A stretch of DNA of 64,000 nucleotides from Candidatus Thorarchaeota archaeon (GTDB taxonomy: Archaea; Asgardarchaeota; Thorarchaeia; Thorarchaeales; Thorarchaeaceae). This document shows, piece by piece, positions 1 to 11,065 of this stretch; the stretch's first letter is position 1; each line of letters begins with the position of its first letter. The stretch covers positions 64,001 through 128,000 of the forward strand of contig CAVSBO010000016.1 in the NCBI GenBank assembly GCA_963726195.1, given 5' to 3'. Under the pieces are notes generated by a model, which was not told where the DNA came from, did no database searches, and saw only the letters and a list, made by a program, of their open reading frames with translations. A program made the translations under genes and the position numbers.

Positions 1-106
1 GTAGGAGATAGAGACTCTCTTCGAATGCTTCTATCAGTGAGCGATACACGCAGTACTATTGCATCTTCATACCTTCCGGATGCTGGCTTTGACAAGATTG
101 TTCCTC

Positions 107-928
107 CTAGTCATTGAAGACGTTCTGATCCCTATCAGGACAGTCGAGGCAGCGCTGCTTATACCAGAGATAGACTTCCTTGGGTTGTTTTGTCAAGTTG
201 GCCTGTCGGCTGGGACAAGTCCAGCACGGTTTGTCATGTTGCATCCAGACATCGCTATACTGAGCCCAGCGAAAGTCTTCGACAACTGCGACACTAGAGC
301 TGCAACCCAAACGGTCAGCTCCAGCTTCAATCATCTGAAGTGCGTCTTTGAAGCTGCGAATCCCACCAGCAGCCTTCACACCCATTTCGGGACCTACGGT
401 CTCGCGCATCAACCGCACATCGTAGGGAGTCGCGCCCATTGGGCCGAAGCCTGTTGACGTCTTGACGAAGTGTGCTCCGGCCTCCTTTGCGAGCAAACAA
501 GCCTTTCGTTTCTCGTCGTCGTTCAGAAAGCCAGTTTCTAGAATCACTTTGGTATGGGCATCTCCGGCGGCTTTGACTACAGCTTCCATGTCAGTCTTTA
601 CGAGATCATAGTTCTTGTCACGGAGGGCACCAATGTTCATTACCATGTCAACTTCCTGCGCGCCTAGTCTAACCACTTCCTTAGCCTCATAGGCTTTCAC
701 TTCAGAAAGTGTCGCGCCCAGTGGAAAACCAATTACACAGCAGACCTTGACATCAGAGTCCTTGAGCAGCTCGGCTGCATACTGAACATGGCTGGCATTG
801 ATACAAACTGCAGCAAACTTGTAGGTGAGAGCCTCCTCACAAAGCTGCTTGATTTTCTCTCGTTTGGCCTCTGGCTTGAGCTCTGTGTGGTCAATCATGC
901 GAGCCAGTTTCTCGACTGTGAGATCCAT
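107..928 (-). CDS. deoC: Deoxyribose-phosphate aldolase with extra C-terminal 4-Cys domain
   Basis: IDHTELKP, VIGFPLG, EVDMVMNIG, FVKTSTGF, GVKAAGGIR motifs; likely start MDLTVEKL. Confidence 0.95.
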   Translation of the reverse strand: MDLTVEKLARMIDHTELKPEAKREKIKQLCEEALTYKFAAVCINASHVQYAAELLKDSDVKVCCVIGFPLGATLSEVKAYEAKEVVRLGAQEVDMVMNIGALRDKNYDLVKTDMEAVVKAAGDAHTKVILETGFLNDDEKRKACLLAKEAGAHFVKTSTGFGPMGATPYDVRLMRETVGPEMGVKAAGGIRSFKDALQMIEAGADRLGCSSSVAVVEDFRWAQYSDVWMQHDKPCWTCPSRQANLTKQPKEVYLWYKQRCLDCPDRDQNVFND

Positions 929-999
929 TGGAACCGCTCCGAATGCCAGGAGCATCTTCTGAGGCTATTAACGTATTCGAAGGGAACTGCATCAGAACA

Positions 1000-1335
1000 C
1001 TATCGTGCGCTAAAGTAGCTGCGCATGTCGTCCAATACTTCCTTCTGAAGCCTGATTACATCGTGGACTTCGATCTCTTCGGCATCCTTTACATTTGAGT
1101 TAAGTTGCACTACAGTACCAACGGTTTCAACCTTGCCAAAGTCGACAGGAAACTCTACCTCTGCGCCTTTCACAATGAGCTCAGAGCGGGTCGGATTCAG
1201 TCCGATTCTTATACTCCGGACTATGCCAATTCTCCTCGCCCTGTTGTCAAGCACCTCTTTCCCCAGAAGGCGACCAGGCATGCTGAGCTCGTACAGTTCG
1301 GCTTCCACGCTGGTCAATGATTCCTTTGCGGTCAT
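1000..1335 (-). CDS. PRC-barrel domain protein
   Basis: LLGKEVLDNRARRIGIVRSIRI...VDFGKVETVGTVV matches the PRC-barrel pattern. Confidence 0.75.
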   Translation of the reverse strand: MTAKESLTSVEAELYELSMPGRLLGKEVLDNRARRIGIVRSIRIGLNPTRSELIVKGAEVEFPVDFGKVETVGTVVQLNSNVKDAEEIEVHDVIRLQKEVLDDMRSYFSAR

Positions 1336-1433
1336 CCTATCTGACTCCTTCAGATAGACGCAATGTAGGAGGCTTTTTACACTGTGTATTATCAGAGCTC
1401 ATAGACAAGACTTTCATACGGACGAGAAGAGGC

Positions 1434-3755
1434 ATGGCAGCAGCACCGTCATTTGTTGAGATGCCGCTGATTAGGAAGAGCATCGTTGAGTACAGAGAGT
1501 ACCAAGTTGGACTCTCAGAAGTCGCTGACACCGAAAGCACTCTGATTGTGCTGAGCACGGGTCTTGGAAAGACTGTCATCGCAGCTCTGACTGCCGCGAG
1601 ACGGCTTGCGAAGTTCCGCGAATCCAAGATACTGTTTCTTGCCCCGTCACGTCCACTTGTTGACCAACAAGCCCGGACTCTCAGGCAGATGCTCGATATT
1701 GAAGAAGATTCTGTCATCTGTTTGACAGGTCAGGATCCTCCTGAACAGCGGCGCAGGGAATGGTCTGGGGCTAGAGTTATCGTCATGACCCCTCAATCTC
1801 TTCAGAACGACCTAGTGCAGCAGAGCTATTCCCTCAATGATGTCTCCCTTCTCGTTTACGACGAGGCTCATCGCGGAGTGGGCAACTACGCTTACACTTT
1901 CATTGCAGAGCTATATGAGAAGCAGGCGCAAAATCCTCGCTCTTTGGGTCTGACAGCATCACCAGGTCATGATGCTGAACATGTCAAGAGGGTATGTGAA
2001 AACCTGAAACTCAGCCACATCGAGGTGAGAAACGAAAACAGTCCCGATGTGCGCGACTACGTTGTTGCCATAGCCACAGACATCCGATATGTCACTCTGC
2101 CTTCTGAAATCCAAGTGCTGAGAGACATGTTGATTGGATTGCTGAATGACTATACAACGCGAGTGCTGAACTATGGATATACCCTCCCGGACAGCCGACG
2201 ACTTAGCAGGAAGGAAATACTCAAGGTCCAGACTGAGGTCAGAAGGGAAATTGGAACCTATACGAAGCCTCCACCACATCTCTATCTGATAATCCGAGAC
2301 TTGACGGCAGCACTCAGAGTGGTGCACCTGATCGAGTTTGTCGGAACGCAGGGGATAGGACCGACCCAAAGATATGTCCAAGGAATGTACGAGGAGGCTC
2401 GCAACAAGAGAAGCTCCAAGGGCGTGAAGGACCTGATATCTAGGCCTGAGTTCATGCAATTCGAAAGCTTGCTGCAGGCTCTTGTAGCCAAAGGCTATCG
2501 TCATCCTAAGGCAGATGCTTTGCTTGAAATCATAGGGGAGCAGCTGTCAACAGACTTGGATTCTCGGATACTCGTATTCACGCGGTTTCGAGATACAGCA
2601 GCAGAGGTCAGCCAAGTAGTGGAGCAATTGGACGATGCCAGAGTGAGCCGCTTCGTTGGGCAGAGCTCAAAGGGTTCGGACCGTGGCTTCAGTCAGAAGA
2701 AACAGATTGAGGTTCTGGACGGTTTTCGAAATAACGAGTTCAATGTGCTTGTGGCCACTCAAGTAGGAGAAGAGGGGCTTGATATCCCCGAATGTAATCT
2801 TGTGATTTTCTACGATTGCGTCCCATCGGTTGTGCCCTACATTCAGCGCCGTGGCAGAACTGGTAGAAGATTCCCGGGTCGAGTCGTGATCTTCGTGGCC
2901 AGAGGAACGCATGACGAGTACTATCATTGGAGTGTGATTAGCAAGTTGAAGAAGATGCCATCGGCCCTCAAGGAAGCAGAGAAGGAGCCCGAGGAAAAAC
3001 AAACGAGTTTGGAGGAGTTCCACGGTGAAATGGGTCGAGCGGAAAAACCTGAAGCAGCTATGGAGGCGCAACCCGCTACTCCAGATGGAAGGGTGAAGCT
3101 CATTGTCGATTCTAGAGAGCTACCAACAGCTGTGGCTAGAGAACTTGCACGGCTTGATGTCTCCATTTCGGGCGAAAGCCTTGAGGTTGGCGACTACATA
3201 GCTTCCGAGGATGTGGCAATTGAACGGAAGGAATCTGGCGACTTCATACAGTCACTCATAGATGGACGACTATTTGTCCAACTCAGTGCTCTGCGATCTA
3301 CCTATCGCAGGCCTGTACTGATTATCGAAGGAGAACAACTAACAGGACTGAGAGCAGTCAACCCCGCTTCGATATATGGAGCACTTGCCTCAATAGCGAT
3401 ACGACTTCGAATCCCAATTCTATGGACACGCAATGCACAGGAGACGGCCAATGTTCTCTACAGGATTGCACACCTTGAACAGATAGAATCCAAGAAAACA
3501 CTGCGAACCCGCTCGCCTGAGACCAAGGGCACAGATGCAGAGACCTTGGAGTACATACTCTCGGGCTTCCCGGGTATTGATACGGTGATATCCCGTTCGA
3601 TACTCACGCAGTTCGGTACGCTCGAAAAAACATTCAAGGCAGAAGAGAATGAACTAATGAAAGTGAAAGGTGTGGGCCCGAAAACGGCAAGCAGACTGAG
3701 ACATATGCTCACATTGGAGTATCCATCATATCGAGAACAGAACGAGTCCGGATGA
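1434..3755 (+). CDS. hef: Hef/FANCM-like DEAH helicase fused to ERCC4 nuclease and HhH
   Basis: STGLGKT, DEAH, QRRGRTGR helicase motifs; VDSRE, GDY, ERK ERCC4 motifs; C-terminal GVGPKTA HhH. Confidence 0.95.
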   Translation: MAAAPSFVEMPLIRKSIVEYREYQVGLSEVADTESTLIVLSTGLGKTVIAALTAARRLAKFRESKILFLAPSRPLVDQQARTLRQMLDIEEDSVICLTGQDPPEQRRREWSGARVIVMTPQSLQNDLVQQSYSLNDVSLLVYDEAHRGVGNYAYTFIAELYEKQAQNPRSLGLTASPGHDAEHVKRVCENLKLSHIEVRNENSPDVRDYVVAIATDIRYVTLPSEIQVLRDMLIGLLNDYTTRVLNYGYTLPDSRRLSRKEILKVQTEVRREIGTYTKPPPHLYLIIRDLTAALRVVHLIEFVGTQGIGPTQRYVQGMYEEARNKRSSKGVKDLISRPEFMQFESLLQALVAKGYRHPKADALLEIIGEQLSTDLDSRILVFTRFRDTAAEVSQVVEQLDDARVSRFVGQSSKGSDRGFSQKKQIEVLDGFRNNEFNVLVATQVGEEGLDIPECNLVIFYDCVPSVVPYIQRRGRTGRRFPGRVVIFVARGTHDEYYHWSVISKLKKMPSALKEAEKEPEEKQTSLEEFHGEMGRAEKPEAAMEAQPATPDGRVKLIVDSRELPTAVARELARLDVSISGESLEVGDYIASEDVAIERKESGDFIQSLIDGRLFVQLSALRSTYRRPVLIIEGEQLTGLRAVNPASIYGALASIAIRLRIPILWTRNAQETANVLYRIAHLEQIESKKTLRTRSPETKGTDAETLEYILSGFPGIDTVISRSILTQFGTLEKTFKAEENELMKVKGVGPKTASRLRHMLTLEYPSYREQNESG

Positions 3756-3761
3756 TGTGTC

Positions 3762-4442
3762 TCAGTAAACCTCGGGATTCTTTCCAGTGCCCTCGAGATA
3801 CATTTTCCGGAACATATCGCTTACAGCCCTGCTGACTTCCCAGTATTGAGCATAGTCGGCGTCTGGTAGTAGAATAACGCTCAGAAGCCTCCTGAGAGTG
3901 AGGTATTCCTCAGGATCGAGCTGAGACATCTTACTGAGGCTTTCATCAGAAGCTTCCCTGCCTCTTCGCCAAAGTGTATCCCACTCGACATACTTTTTCG
4001 TGGCCTCCCTGATTGTGCGCTCGTCCGAGACCTCAAACCCGAGCCTACGGATGAGGTCTGTGATGTTCAGCTTCGTGGGGGGCCTCGGCGCGCTCTCGCC
4101 AGTTCTGCTTGTGGCTATGAATATGTTCTCTGCCGCCGCCCGCCAGACCTTCTTCATTATGTGCGTATCCTTTTCGCCAGCAGGCTCGTACCCATCCTGT
4201 CGTATCAGTCCGCCATGCTCCAGTTCCTTCAGGTGATACCTGACCGTCTGAGGCTTAACGCACTTGTCAGGATGTTCACGTTCGAGAAACTCGATTATTT
4301 CTGACGTGGACATTCTCCTGTTCTTGAGGAGCGACAGAATCTTTCTGCGACATTCATCATTGAGTGCACGAATCGCTTCAGTTGCTTCCTCGCCGGCCAG
4401 AACCCTCAAGTGCTCCATTTTCTTCCTCCTCGAGTTCGCCAA
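3762..4442 (-). CDS. ArsR-like winged-helix transcription regulator
   Basis: ALNDECRRKILSLL...QTVRYHLKELEHGGLI. Confidence 0.8.
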   Translation of the reverse strand: MANSRRKKMEHLRVLAGEEATEAIRALNDECRRKILSLLKNRRMSTSEIIEFLEREHPDKCVKPQTVRYHLKELEHGGLIRQDGYEPAGEKDTHIMKKVWRAAAENIFIATSRTGESAPRPPTKLNITDLIRRLGFEVSDERTIREATKKYVEWDTLWRRGREASDESLSKMSQLDPEEYLTLRRLLSVILLPDADYAQYWEVSRAVSDMFRKMYLEGTGKNPEVY

Positions 4443-4534
4443 TCACTATGCAGGCGGGCTTTGTTATAGGCTCCATTACCTTGGATACTCACGCATTAGA
4501 GCCATATTCCATAGCATGAAAGAGTGCCTCTAAT

Positions 4535-4781
4535 CTATGCGGGTACGTAAATCCACTGCCGCATGTCCTGCAAGCAGGGCACTCGCTTGATCAGATTCCT
4601 CTTGAGCAGTTTCCTAAGCGCATACCTGACAGTCCTAGGGGCAAATGACACATTGTCAAGGAGCTGTTTTGGCGTGACGCCCTCTCTGCCGGTTTTTCTG
4701 AGAATGCTAAGGACAAGCATCTGACTCTTTGTTAAGCTTCATGTCCTTGATCTCTTCCGCGAGTTCCGAATCAGTCATCAT
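4535..4781 (-). CDS. Small winged-helix protein (1-nt frameshift near 4735)
   Basis: Removing one A joins MTDSELAEEIKDMKLTKSQ to MLVLSIL...RTVRYALRKLLKRNLI...DMRQWIY. Confidence 0.75.
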
Positions 4782-4886
4782 TGTGAACATTCTCCTAATC
4801 GCGACCCCCTGAAGCTTACCTCAGGGGTATCTGTGATTCTTTTTTTCTATCACTTCACATGATATTCTAACCTATATTAACTTATC

Positions 4887-4998
4887 GCCGTCTGGGACCG
4901 CGACACTCAAGCTCAGCCTGCGCAACCCTGCTCGCGACCTATACGGACGCCAATCTTGGAGCCCTTGCTCAGGAGGCGACCCGGAAAAGGCTCCAAGT
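4887..4998 (-). ncRNA. Candidate structured ncRNA of unknown family
   Basis: Perfect 12-bp inverted repeat 4955-4966/4987-4998 plus a second multi-stem domain whose G-U pairs work on the minus strand. Confidence 0.4.
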
Positions 4999-5042
4999 AA
5001 GATGCAAACTCTTTATCACCGTCCAGAACCCAACAATCACCT

Positions 5043-6330
5043 ATGATAGCGAAGGCAGCCCTACTGGCAGCTGGCGATTCCACACGCATGTTGCCGCTGT
5101 CTGCCAACATGCCCAAACACCTTCTCCCTGTGGCTGGGGAGCCACTGATATTCCACACTTTGAGGGGCCTCAAGTCGGCGGGAATTCGAGATACGCTCAT
5201 CGTACATGGCTACCACGGAGAGGAACTCCAGAAGGTAATTGACTCTCATGATTGGACTCCGATGCGGATTTCGTACGTTTTTCAGAAAGAGCGAAAAGGA
5301 ACGGCCCATGCGGCTGCACACGCACGTGAGTTCGCTCGCAACGATCCAATACTTCTCGCGTATGGCGACGTCATGGTTGGGCCAGACAGCTTCCCAGGCC
5401 TGTTGACGCTGTGGAACAAGGGAAAACTCGACGCGGTTCTCTCCGTGACCCCAGTCGATGATCCGTCCGCCTATGGAATCGTTGTAGTGGACCGTGACAA
5501 AGTGACTGGTCTAATCGAGAAGCCGACTCCCGAGCAGAGCACCTCCAAGCTCGTGAACTGTGGCGTCTACATCGTGGGCCCAAAAATCTGGGATGCAATC
5601 GACCGGACAGGGCTATCATCCCGAGGTGAATATGAGCTCACGGACTCTGCGATGATATTGATAAAGCAGGGTAACGTCGGAGCCTATCGTCTGCCCTCGT
5701 GGTGGCTAGATATCGGTAAGCCGTGGGACCTGCTGAGGGCCAACGAACTCGTCCTGAGTATGGCTGTAAGAAGAATCGAGGGCGAGGTTGAGGAGGGGGC
5801 GGTAATCAAGGGAAACGTCATTGTGGAAAGGGGTGCGATTATTAAGAGCGGAGCATATGTCGAGGGCCCGGCATTCATTGGGTCGGATTGCGTAGTGGGT
5901 CCCAATTGCTACATCCGTGCAAGCACGACTCTCTGTAAAGGAGTGAGAATCGGGAATGCTGTTGAAGTCAAGAATAGCATAATAATGGAGGGGACACATG
6001 TCGGGCATCTATCCTACGTCGGCGACAGTATCATGGGTCGCAAGTCGAATTTCGGCGCAGGTACAATCACTGCAAACCTGAGAACATGATGACCAGCCGG
6101 TGCGGGTCACAGTGAAGAACCAGAGACTGAGCTCAGGCCGACGCAAGATGGGAGCCATTATCGGAGACAATGTCAAGACCGGCATCGGCACGCTCCTCAG
6201 TCCCGGCGTCGTAATCCATCAGGGCGCCCGTACAGGTATCGGTGTTATTGTTGACAAGGACATTCCACCCGGGGTTCTGGTGGTTGCCGAGGAGCCCAAG
6301 AGAATCATCGATATGAATCCAGAGCGTTGA
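5043..6330 (+). CDS. glmU: GlmU-like bifunctional sugar-1-phosphate nucleotidyltransferase/acetyltransferase (frameshift ~6083)
   Basis: LLAAGDSTRM, PKHLLPVAG, hexapeptide repeats, HLSYVGDS, NFGAGTITANLR; continues in another frame as HDDQPV...GAIIGDNVKTG. Confidence 0.9.
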
Positions 6331-6340
6331 GGACTGCGGC

Positions 6341-7868
6341 GTGCGTACCACGAGTATCAGGGAGTTCAATGTCGTCCGGAAGGACGTAAGGAAGGTGAAG
6401 GTACTCTTTGGGTATGCGTATCCATCGACTTATCGGACCGGAATGACCAGTCTCGCAACCCATCTGTTCTATTCCATCCTTAACAGCAGAGAGGACACAT
6501 CTTGTGAGCGCTACTTTAGGTACGATGTGTCTTCTCCATGTCACTCGGTTGACAGCGGCAGACCATTGAAAGAGAATCACGTTGTGGGTTTCTCGCTCAC
6601 TTACGAAGAAGACATAGTCAACCTCATTCAGATGCTGGAACTCGGAGGTGTCCCAGCTCTAGCAGCCGAGAGGTCGGAATCGGACCCAATAGTTCTTGTC
6701 GGGGGACCCGTTCCAAGTTCGAACCCGGAACCATATGTTGACTTTGTTGATGCATTCGCAATCGGAGAGGGCGACAACGTGATACACGAAATCGTCGATT
6801 CCATAGCTCAGACGTCCTCGCGCGAAGAGGCCCTCGAACAGATGGCGCAGAAGGATGGTCTGTATGTGCCCAAGGCCATGCAATCCGAACTTCATAGATT
6901 GATGATAAGCAACTTAGACGCCGTCTATCATCCCACAGCACAGATTGTGCCTGATGTTCCAGATGGCGATAGACTTGAGCCCGTATTCGGCAAGTCGCTT
7001 CTGGTAGAAGCGACAAGAGGATGTGGTCATTCCTGCAAGTTCTGCCTCGTAGGTCATATCTGCCGCCCTTGGAGAACAAGATCGCTGAATCGTCTTCAGG
7101 ACATTATATCGAGAGGGTTGGCTGAAACACCAGTGCATAAGGTTTCACTGATTTCTGCTTCTCTCGGCAGTGCCGAGGGCTTCGAAGAACTCGCCGCTTG
7201 GATTGTTGACCAGGGCTGCCGAGCTCTCGGTGCCATCACTAAGAGCAGACTCAGTGTCGAAAGATTTCCTCTCGTCACTGGCAAAGGGAGAACAAAGGAC
7301 TCTAACAATAGCCCCGGAGACCGGCTCACCCGAGCTGAGACGGAGCACAGGCAAAGCACTGTCGGACGAAGATATCGAACACACAGTGCAGCTTGCCGCC
7401 GAGTCTGGATTCAACGCGCTGAAACTCTATTTCATTATTGGATTACCCGAAGAAAACGAACAGGACGTTGCTGCCATACCGTCCTTGGTGAGCCGCCTCA
7501 GTAAGTTGGCAACCATGCGAATCACTGTCAGTATCAATCCGTTCGTGCCGAAGGCTCAAACAGAGTGGGAACGCGAGCCACAAGCTCCAATTGAGGCCAT
7601 CCGTTCGAGAATCAGAATTGTAGAGAAAGGCTTGCATGGAGTTCCCCGTGTGTACGTTGAACCACTTGATCCAAGGGACGCACGAATCCAAGCGGCACTA
7701 TCAATCGGAGGCAGGTCTCTAGGAAAAGCCATTCTCGTGGCGGCTAGATATGGGGGCTACGGAGGATGGAGGAGAGCGGAGAGAGAGACAGGAATACCTG
7801 TGCTTTCAATGGCCAGCGACCAGAGCCGCCTGCAAGGAGACCTTCCATGGGCCTTCATCAAGAACTAG
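6341..7868 (+). CDS. B12-binding-like radical SAM protein (frameshift ~7218)
   Basis: YPSTYRTGMTSL, EATRGCGHSCKFC (CxxxCxxC); second frame SVPSLRAD, TIAPETGS, KLYFIIGLP, PFVPKAQT. Confidence 0.9.
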
Positions 7869-7972
7869 TCAGTTAGATTCGGCAAAAGCCGTCAGCCGAA
7901 TCTTCATAAGGCATATTTCGAATGCTTCTCAACAGCATAACTGAGTGTATGTCTATGGCCCGGTGAAAGACC

Positions 7973-8335
7973 ATGGCTAAGAAAAGAGTCCTTGGCGATG
8001 AATTTCCAGCCTTGAGCGACGAACTAGAGGAAGGGAAAACCAAGACATACAGAGTAAGCGGCACAAGGACCTTGTCTGAGGAGCCACTTTCTGCAGATTC
8101 TGAGGAGTCTGCCTCTGCAGGCCGTGAGGAGACCTTCCTGCCTGACGTCGTTGACTACATTCGAAGATGCGATAACGAGTCCGAGGCATTGGAAATCATT
8201 GAGTTCATGGTGAGGCGTAGCGAACTGACCGAAACCCAAGCCAAGGCCATGAAAAGGCAACTCAAAGATGAGGGTCTCAGAAGCTTCGGAACAAAGAAGG
8301 AAAGAGACCACTATCTTCGCTATGGTGTCAAGTGA
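7973..8335 (+). CDS. Conserved archaeal protein (DUF2095-like)
   Basis: FPALSDEL...PDVVDYIRRC...ALEIIEFM...GLRSFG..KE..HY. Confidence 0.75.
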   Translation: MAKKRVLGDEFPALSDELEEGKTKTYRVSGTRTLSEEPLSADSEESASAGREETFLPDVVDYIRRCDNESEALEIIEFMVRRSELTETQAKAMKRQLKDEGLRSFGTKKERDHYLRYGVK

Positions 8336-8416
8336 ATCCGGTCAGAATTCAATCTTACACCTGCCCATGATTATTCTCTTGGAACAACTATGCAGTTGTA
8401 TCGTGGCTGAGTGTTA

Positions 8417-9830
8417 TTAGGCGGATTTGTACACGCCTTTCTTCTTGGCCCATGATATGGTCTCTGGATCGCATCTCTTGAGTTCACGCTCTGGGAAATC
8501 GCTGAGCAGATTCCACCCAAGGTCAAGGGTCTGCTCGAATGACCGGTCCTCAAACTCGCCTTGGTTGATGAACTGCTGCTCGAACTTGTCAGCGAACTTC
8601 AGGTACTTCTGATCCCGTTCCGTTAATGCTTCCGAACCCACGACCGCGACAAGGTCTCTAAGGTCACGGCCCTCAGAGTAGGCGTAGTACAGCTGTGCCT
8701 GAATCTCTTTGTGATCGAACCGCGTCATGCCCTCCCCGATGCCCTCCTTCATGAGCCGGCTCAGCGACGGACCCGGATCTATGGGTGGATATATGCCACG
8801 TCTGTGGAGACTCCTGCTGAGAGGAAGTCTGTCCTTCAGTGATGTATCCCGAAAGATCAGGAATGGGGTGCGTCATGTCGTCTTGGGGCATCGACAGAAT
8901 AGGCATTTGCGTGATTGTTCCCTTTCGGCCATGAATGCGTCCCGCCCGTTCGTAAATGAGACTAAGGTCTGTGTAGAGATAGCCAGGATATCCTCGGCGC
9001 CCTGGAACCTCAGACCTTGCCGCACTAATCTCACGCAGAGCTTCAGCATAGTTCGTCATATCAGTAAGGATAACCAGAACATGCATGTCTGATTGGTAAG
9101 CCAAGTATTCTGCTGCAGTGAGAGCGGCGCGCGGTGTGATTATCCGTTCAATCGCAGGGTCATTGGCAAGGTTGAGGAACATGGTGGTATGCTCGAGTGC
9201 ACCGGTCTCCTCGAAGGATTTCATGAAGTACTGTGCTTCAGTAGCCGTGATTCCCATGGCCGCGAACACGATTGCGAACTGGCCTTCTTCGCCTGGAATC
9301 CTAGCCTGTCTGACAATCTGAGCCGCGATTCGGTTATGTGGAAGACCTGAACCGGAAAAGATGGGCAACTTCTGACCTCGAATCAAGGTGTTAAGGCCAT
9401 CAATAACTGACAGGCCCGTCTGGATGGGTTGATGGGGATACTGCCGAGCATATGGATTGATTGGAGACCCGTTTATGTCCCAGTGGTCTTCAGCTGTGAG
9501 CGGAGGGCCTTTGTCAAGAGGATTGCCAGACCCGTCGAGAACACGACCAAGAATCTCAGTTGAAACCGGGAGCTTCAGAGTCTCGCCTGTAAAGCGTACC
9601 GAAGTGACATCAACATCGAGCCCACTAGTGCCTTCGAAGACCTGTATGATGGCTCTTCCATGACCGGTCTCTAGTACAGTTCCCGTTAGAAGCTCTCCTG
9701 ATGGGGACCTGATCCGTACCACTTCGTTGTAGCTAACGTTGTGAGTATTCTCAACGATGAGAAGCGGTCCACTAACATCTGAAACCGTGCGGTACTCAAT
9801 GACAGATTTCTTTGCCATCAGAGAGACCAT
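8417..9830 (-). CDS. atpB: A/V-type ATP synthase subunit B (frameshift ~8825)
   Basis: [41 protein letters not shown]; continues in ORF 8417-8752. Confidence 0.95.
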
Positions 9831-9895
9831 CCAAGTCGGGTCCTTCAGAAGCCCCGTGAGCGGCCTTCATTTAAGAGTTACGTCGGGCGCGGCTT

Positions 9896-10417
9896 TCAAA
9901 TCCACGGAGAGACGTTGAAGAAAACTAGAGCAGGCGCCAGCATTAATGCTCTCACCATGAGCGAGTGCCCCTTGGCCTTTAGGTCATTTGATGAAGGCGT
10001 GAGGTAGAGAATGACACCAGTTAGCAGGCAAATGGAGAACAGTATGTCGCCTAGAAAGACCATCATTGCAATCATATCGCTGCCGGCTCCACCAAATAAC
10101 CCGAGCCAAGCAGCGGTGGCGGATTCAATTGTCGGGGGCTCAACGCGTGCCATCCCTGCAAAGAAACTGACGAGATACGGGCCTCCGATGTATATGATGA
10201 CACCAAAGACTATCAGCGCTTTGGACAGGCCATCGTTGAGTCCCGTCATGAACAGGATTAAACCGACTAGGATGAACAGAAGATATCCTCTTACTGCCAA
10301 TCCGTACATGCCACTGAGGACGCGCTCTATGAAATCGGTCCATCCTGGAAGGTTTGGACCGTTCGGAAGTGCCTGAAGCGGGATAATAGTCAGAAAGAGA
10401 ATACTCCATTCGCTCAC
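9896..10417 (-). CDS. Small membrane protein with two similar helical-hairpin halves
   Basis: Four hydrophobic segments; the halves share an L..G.IL.(F/Y).T pattern. Confidence 0.7.
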   Translation of the reverse strand: MSEWSILFLTIIPLQALPNGPNLPGWTDFIERVLSGMYGLAVRGYLLFILVGLILFMTGLNDGLSKALIVFGVIIYIGGPYLVSFFAGMARVEPPTIESATAAWLGLFGGAGSDMIAMMVFLGDILFSICLLTGVILYLTPSSNDLKAKGHSLMVRALMLAPALVFFNVSPWI

Positions 10418-10452
10418 GACTGTAAGTTTTCATCGAGAAATATAACCGCCAC

Positions 10453-11004
10453 TCAGTCCAGCAACTTGCGAAGAATCTTGAAGTCCTCGTTCATTGCTTC
10501 TCTGGTTCGAGGAAAGCGGAGCGCAGCTGCAGGATGATACGTCATGAAATACGTCCTGCCCTCCCCTTCATGCAGACGCCCATGACAATCAGATATCTTC
10601 CACGGCCCTATGACCGCCGAGACAGCAACATTTCCCAAAAGCACCACAACTCTTGGGTTGAGTATCTCGATTTGTCGCTTGAGGTACGGGAGACAAGCGT
10701 CTATTTCCGACTGATTGGGAGATCGATTGTCGGGCGGGCGCGACTTCAGAACTGAAGTAATGAATACCTCGTTTCTCGAAAGGCCCAGTGCATCAATGAG
10801 CTGAGTCAGTAGTGCCCCAGACCTACCGACAAACGGTCTGCCGGACTGGTCTTCGCTGGCGCCAGGGGCTTCACCGACGAAAACAACCTTCGGTTCAGCA
10901 GGTCCTTCGCCCGGAACTGCATTCTTGCGAGTCTTGTAGAGAGGGCACCTTTTGCATTGCCGAATCTCTTCTGTTAGGCTCAACAACTCGTCTAGGCGGC
11001 TCAT
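10453..11004 (-). CDS. udg: Uracil-DNA glycosylase family 4
   Basis: CKRCPL, GEAPG, GRPFVG, RPPDNR, YHPAAALR. Confidence 0.95.
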   Translation of the reverse strand: MSRLDELLSLTEEIRQCKRCPLYKTRKNAVPGEGPAEPKVVFVGEAPGASEDQSGRPFVGRSGALLTQLIDALGLSRNEVFITSVLKSRPPDNRSPNQSEIDACLPYLKRQIEILNPRVVVLLGNVAVSAVIGPWKISDCHGRLHEGEGRTYFMTYHPAAALRFPRTREAMNEDFKILRKLLD

Positions 11005-11065
11005 GTCGGCAATTTGCTTGTCTTGTTATGTGATAAATACCACTCCAAGGCAAGCGCGTGCGCAT

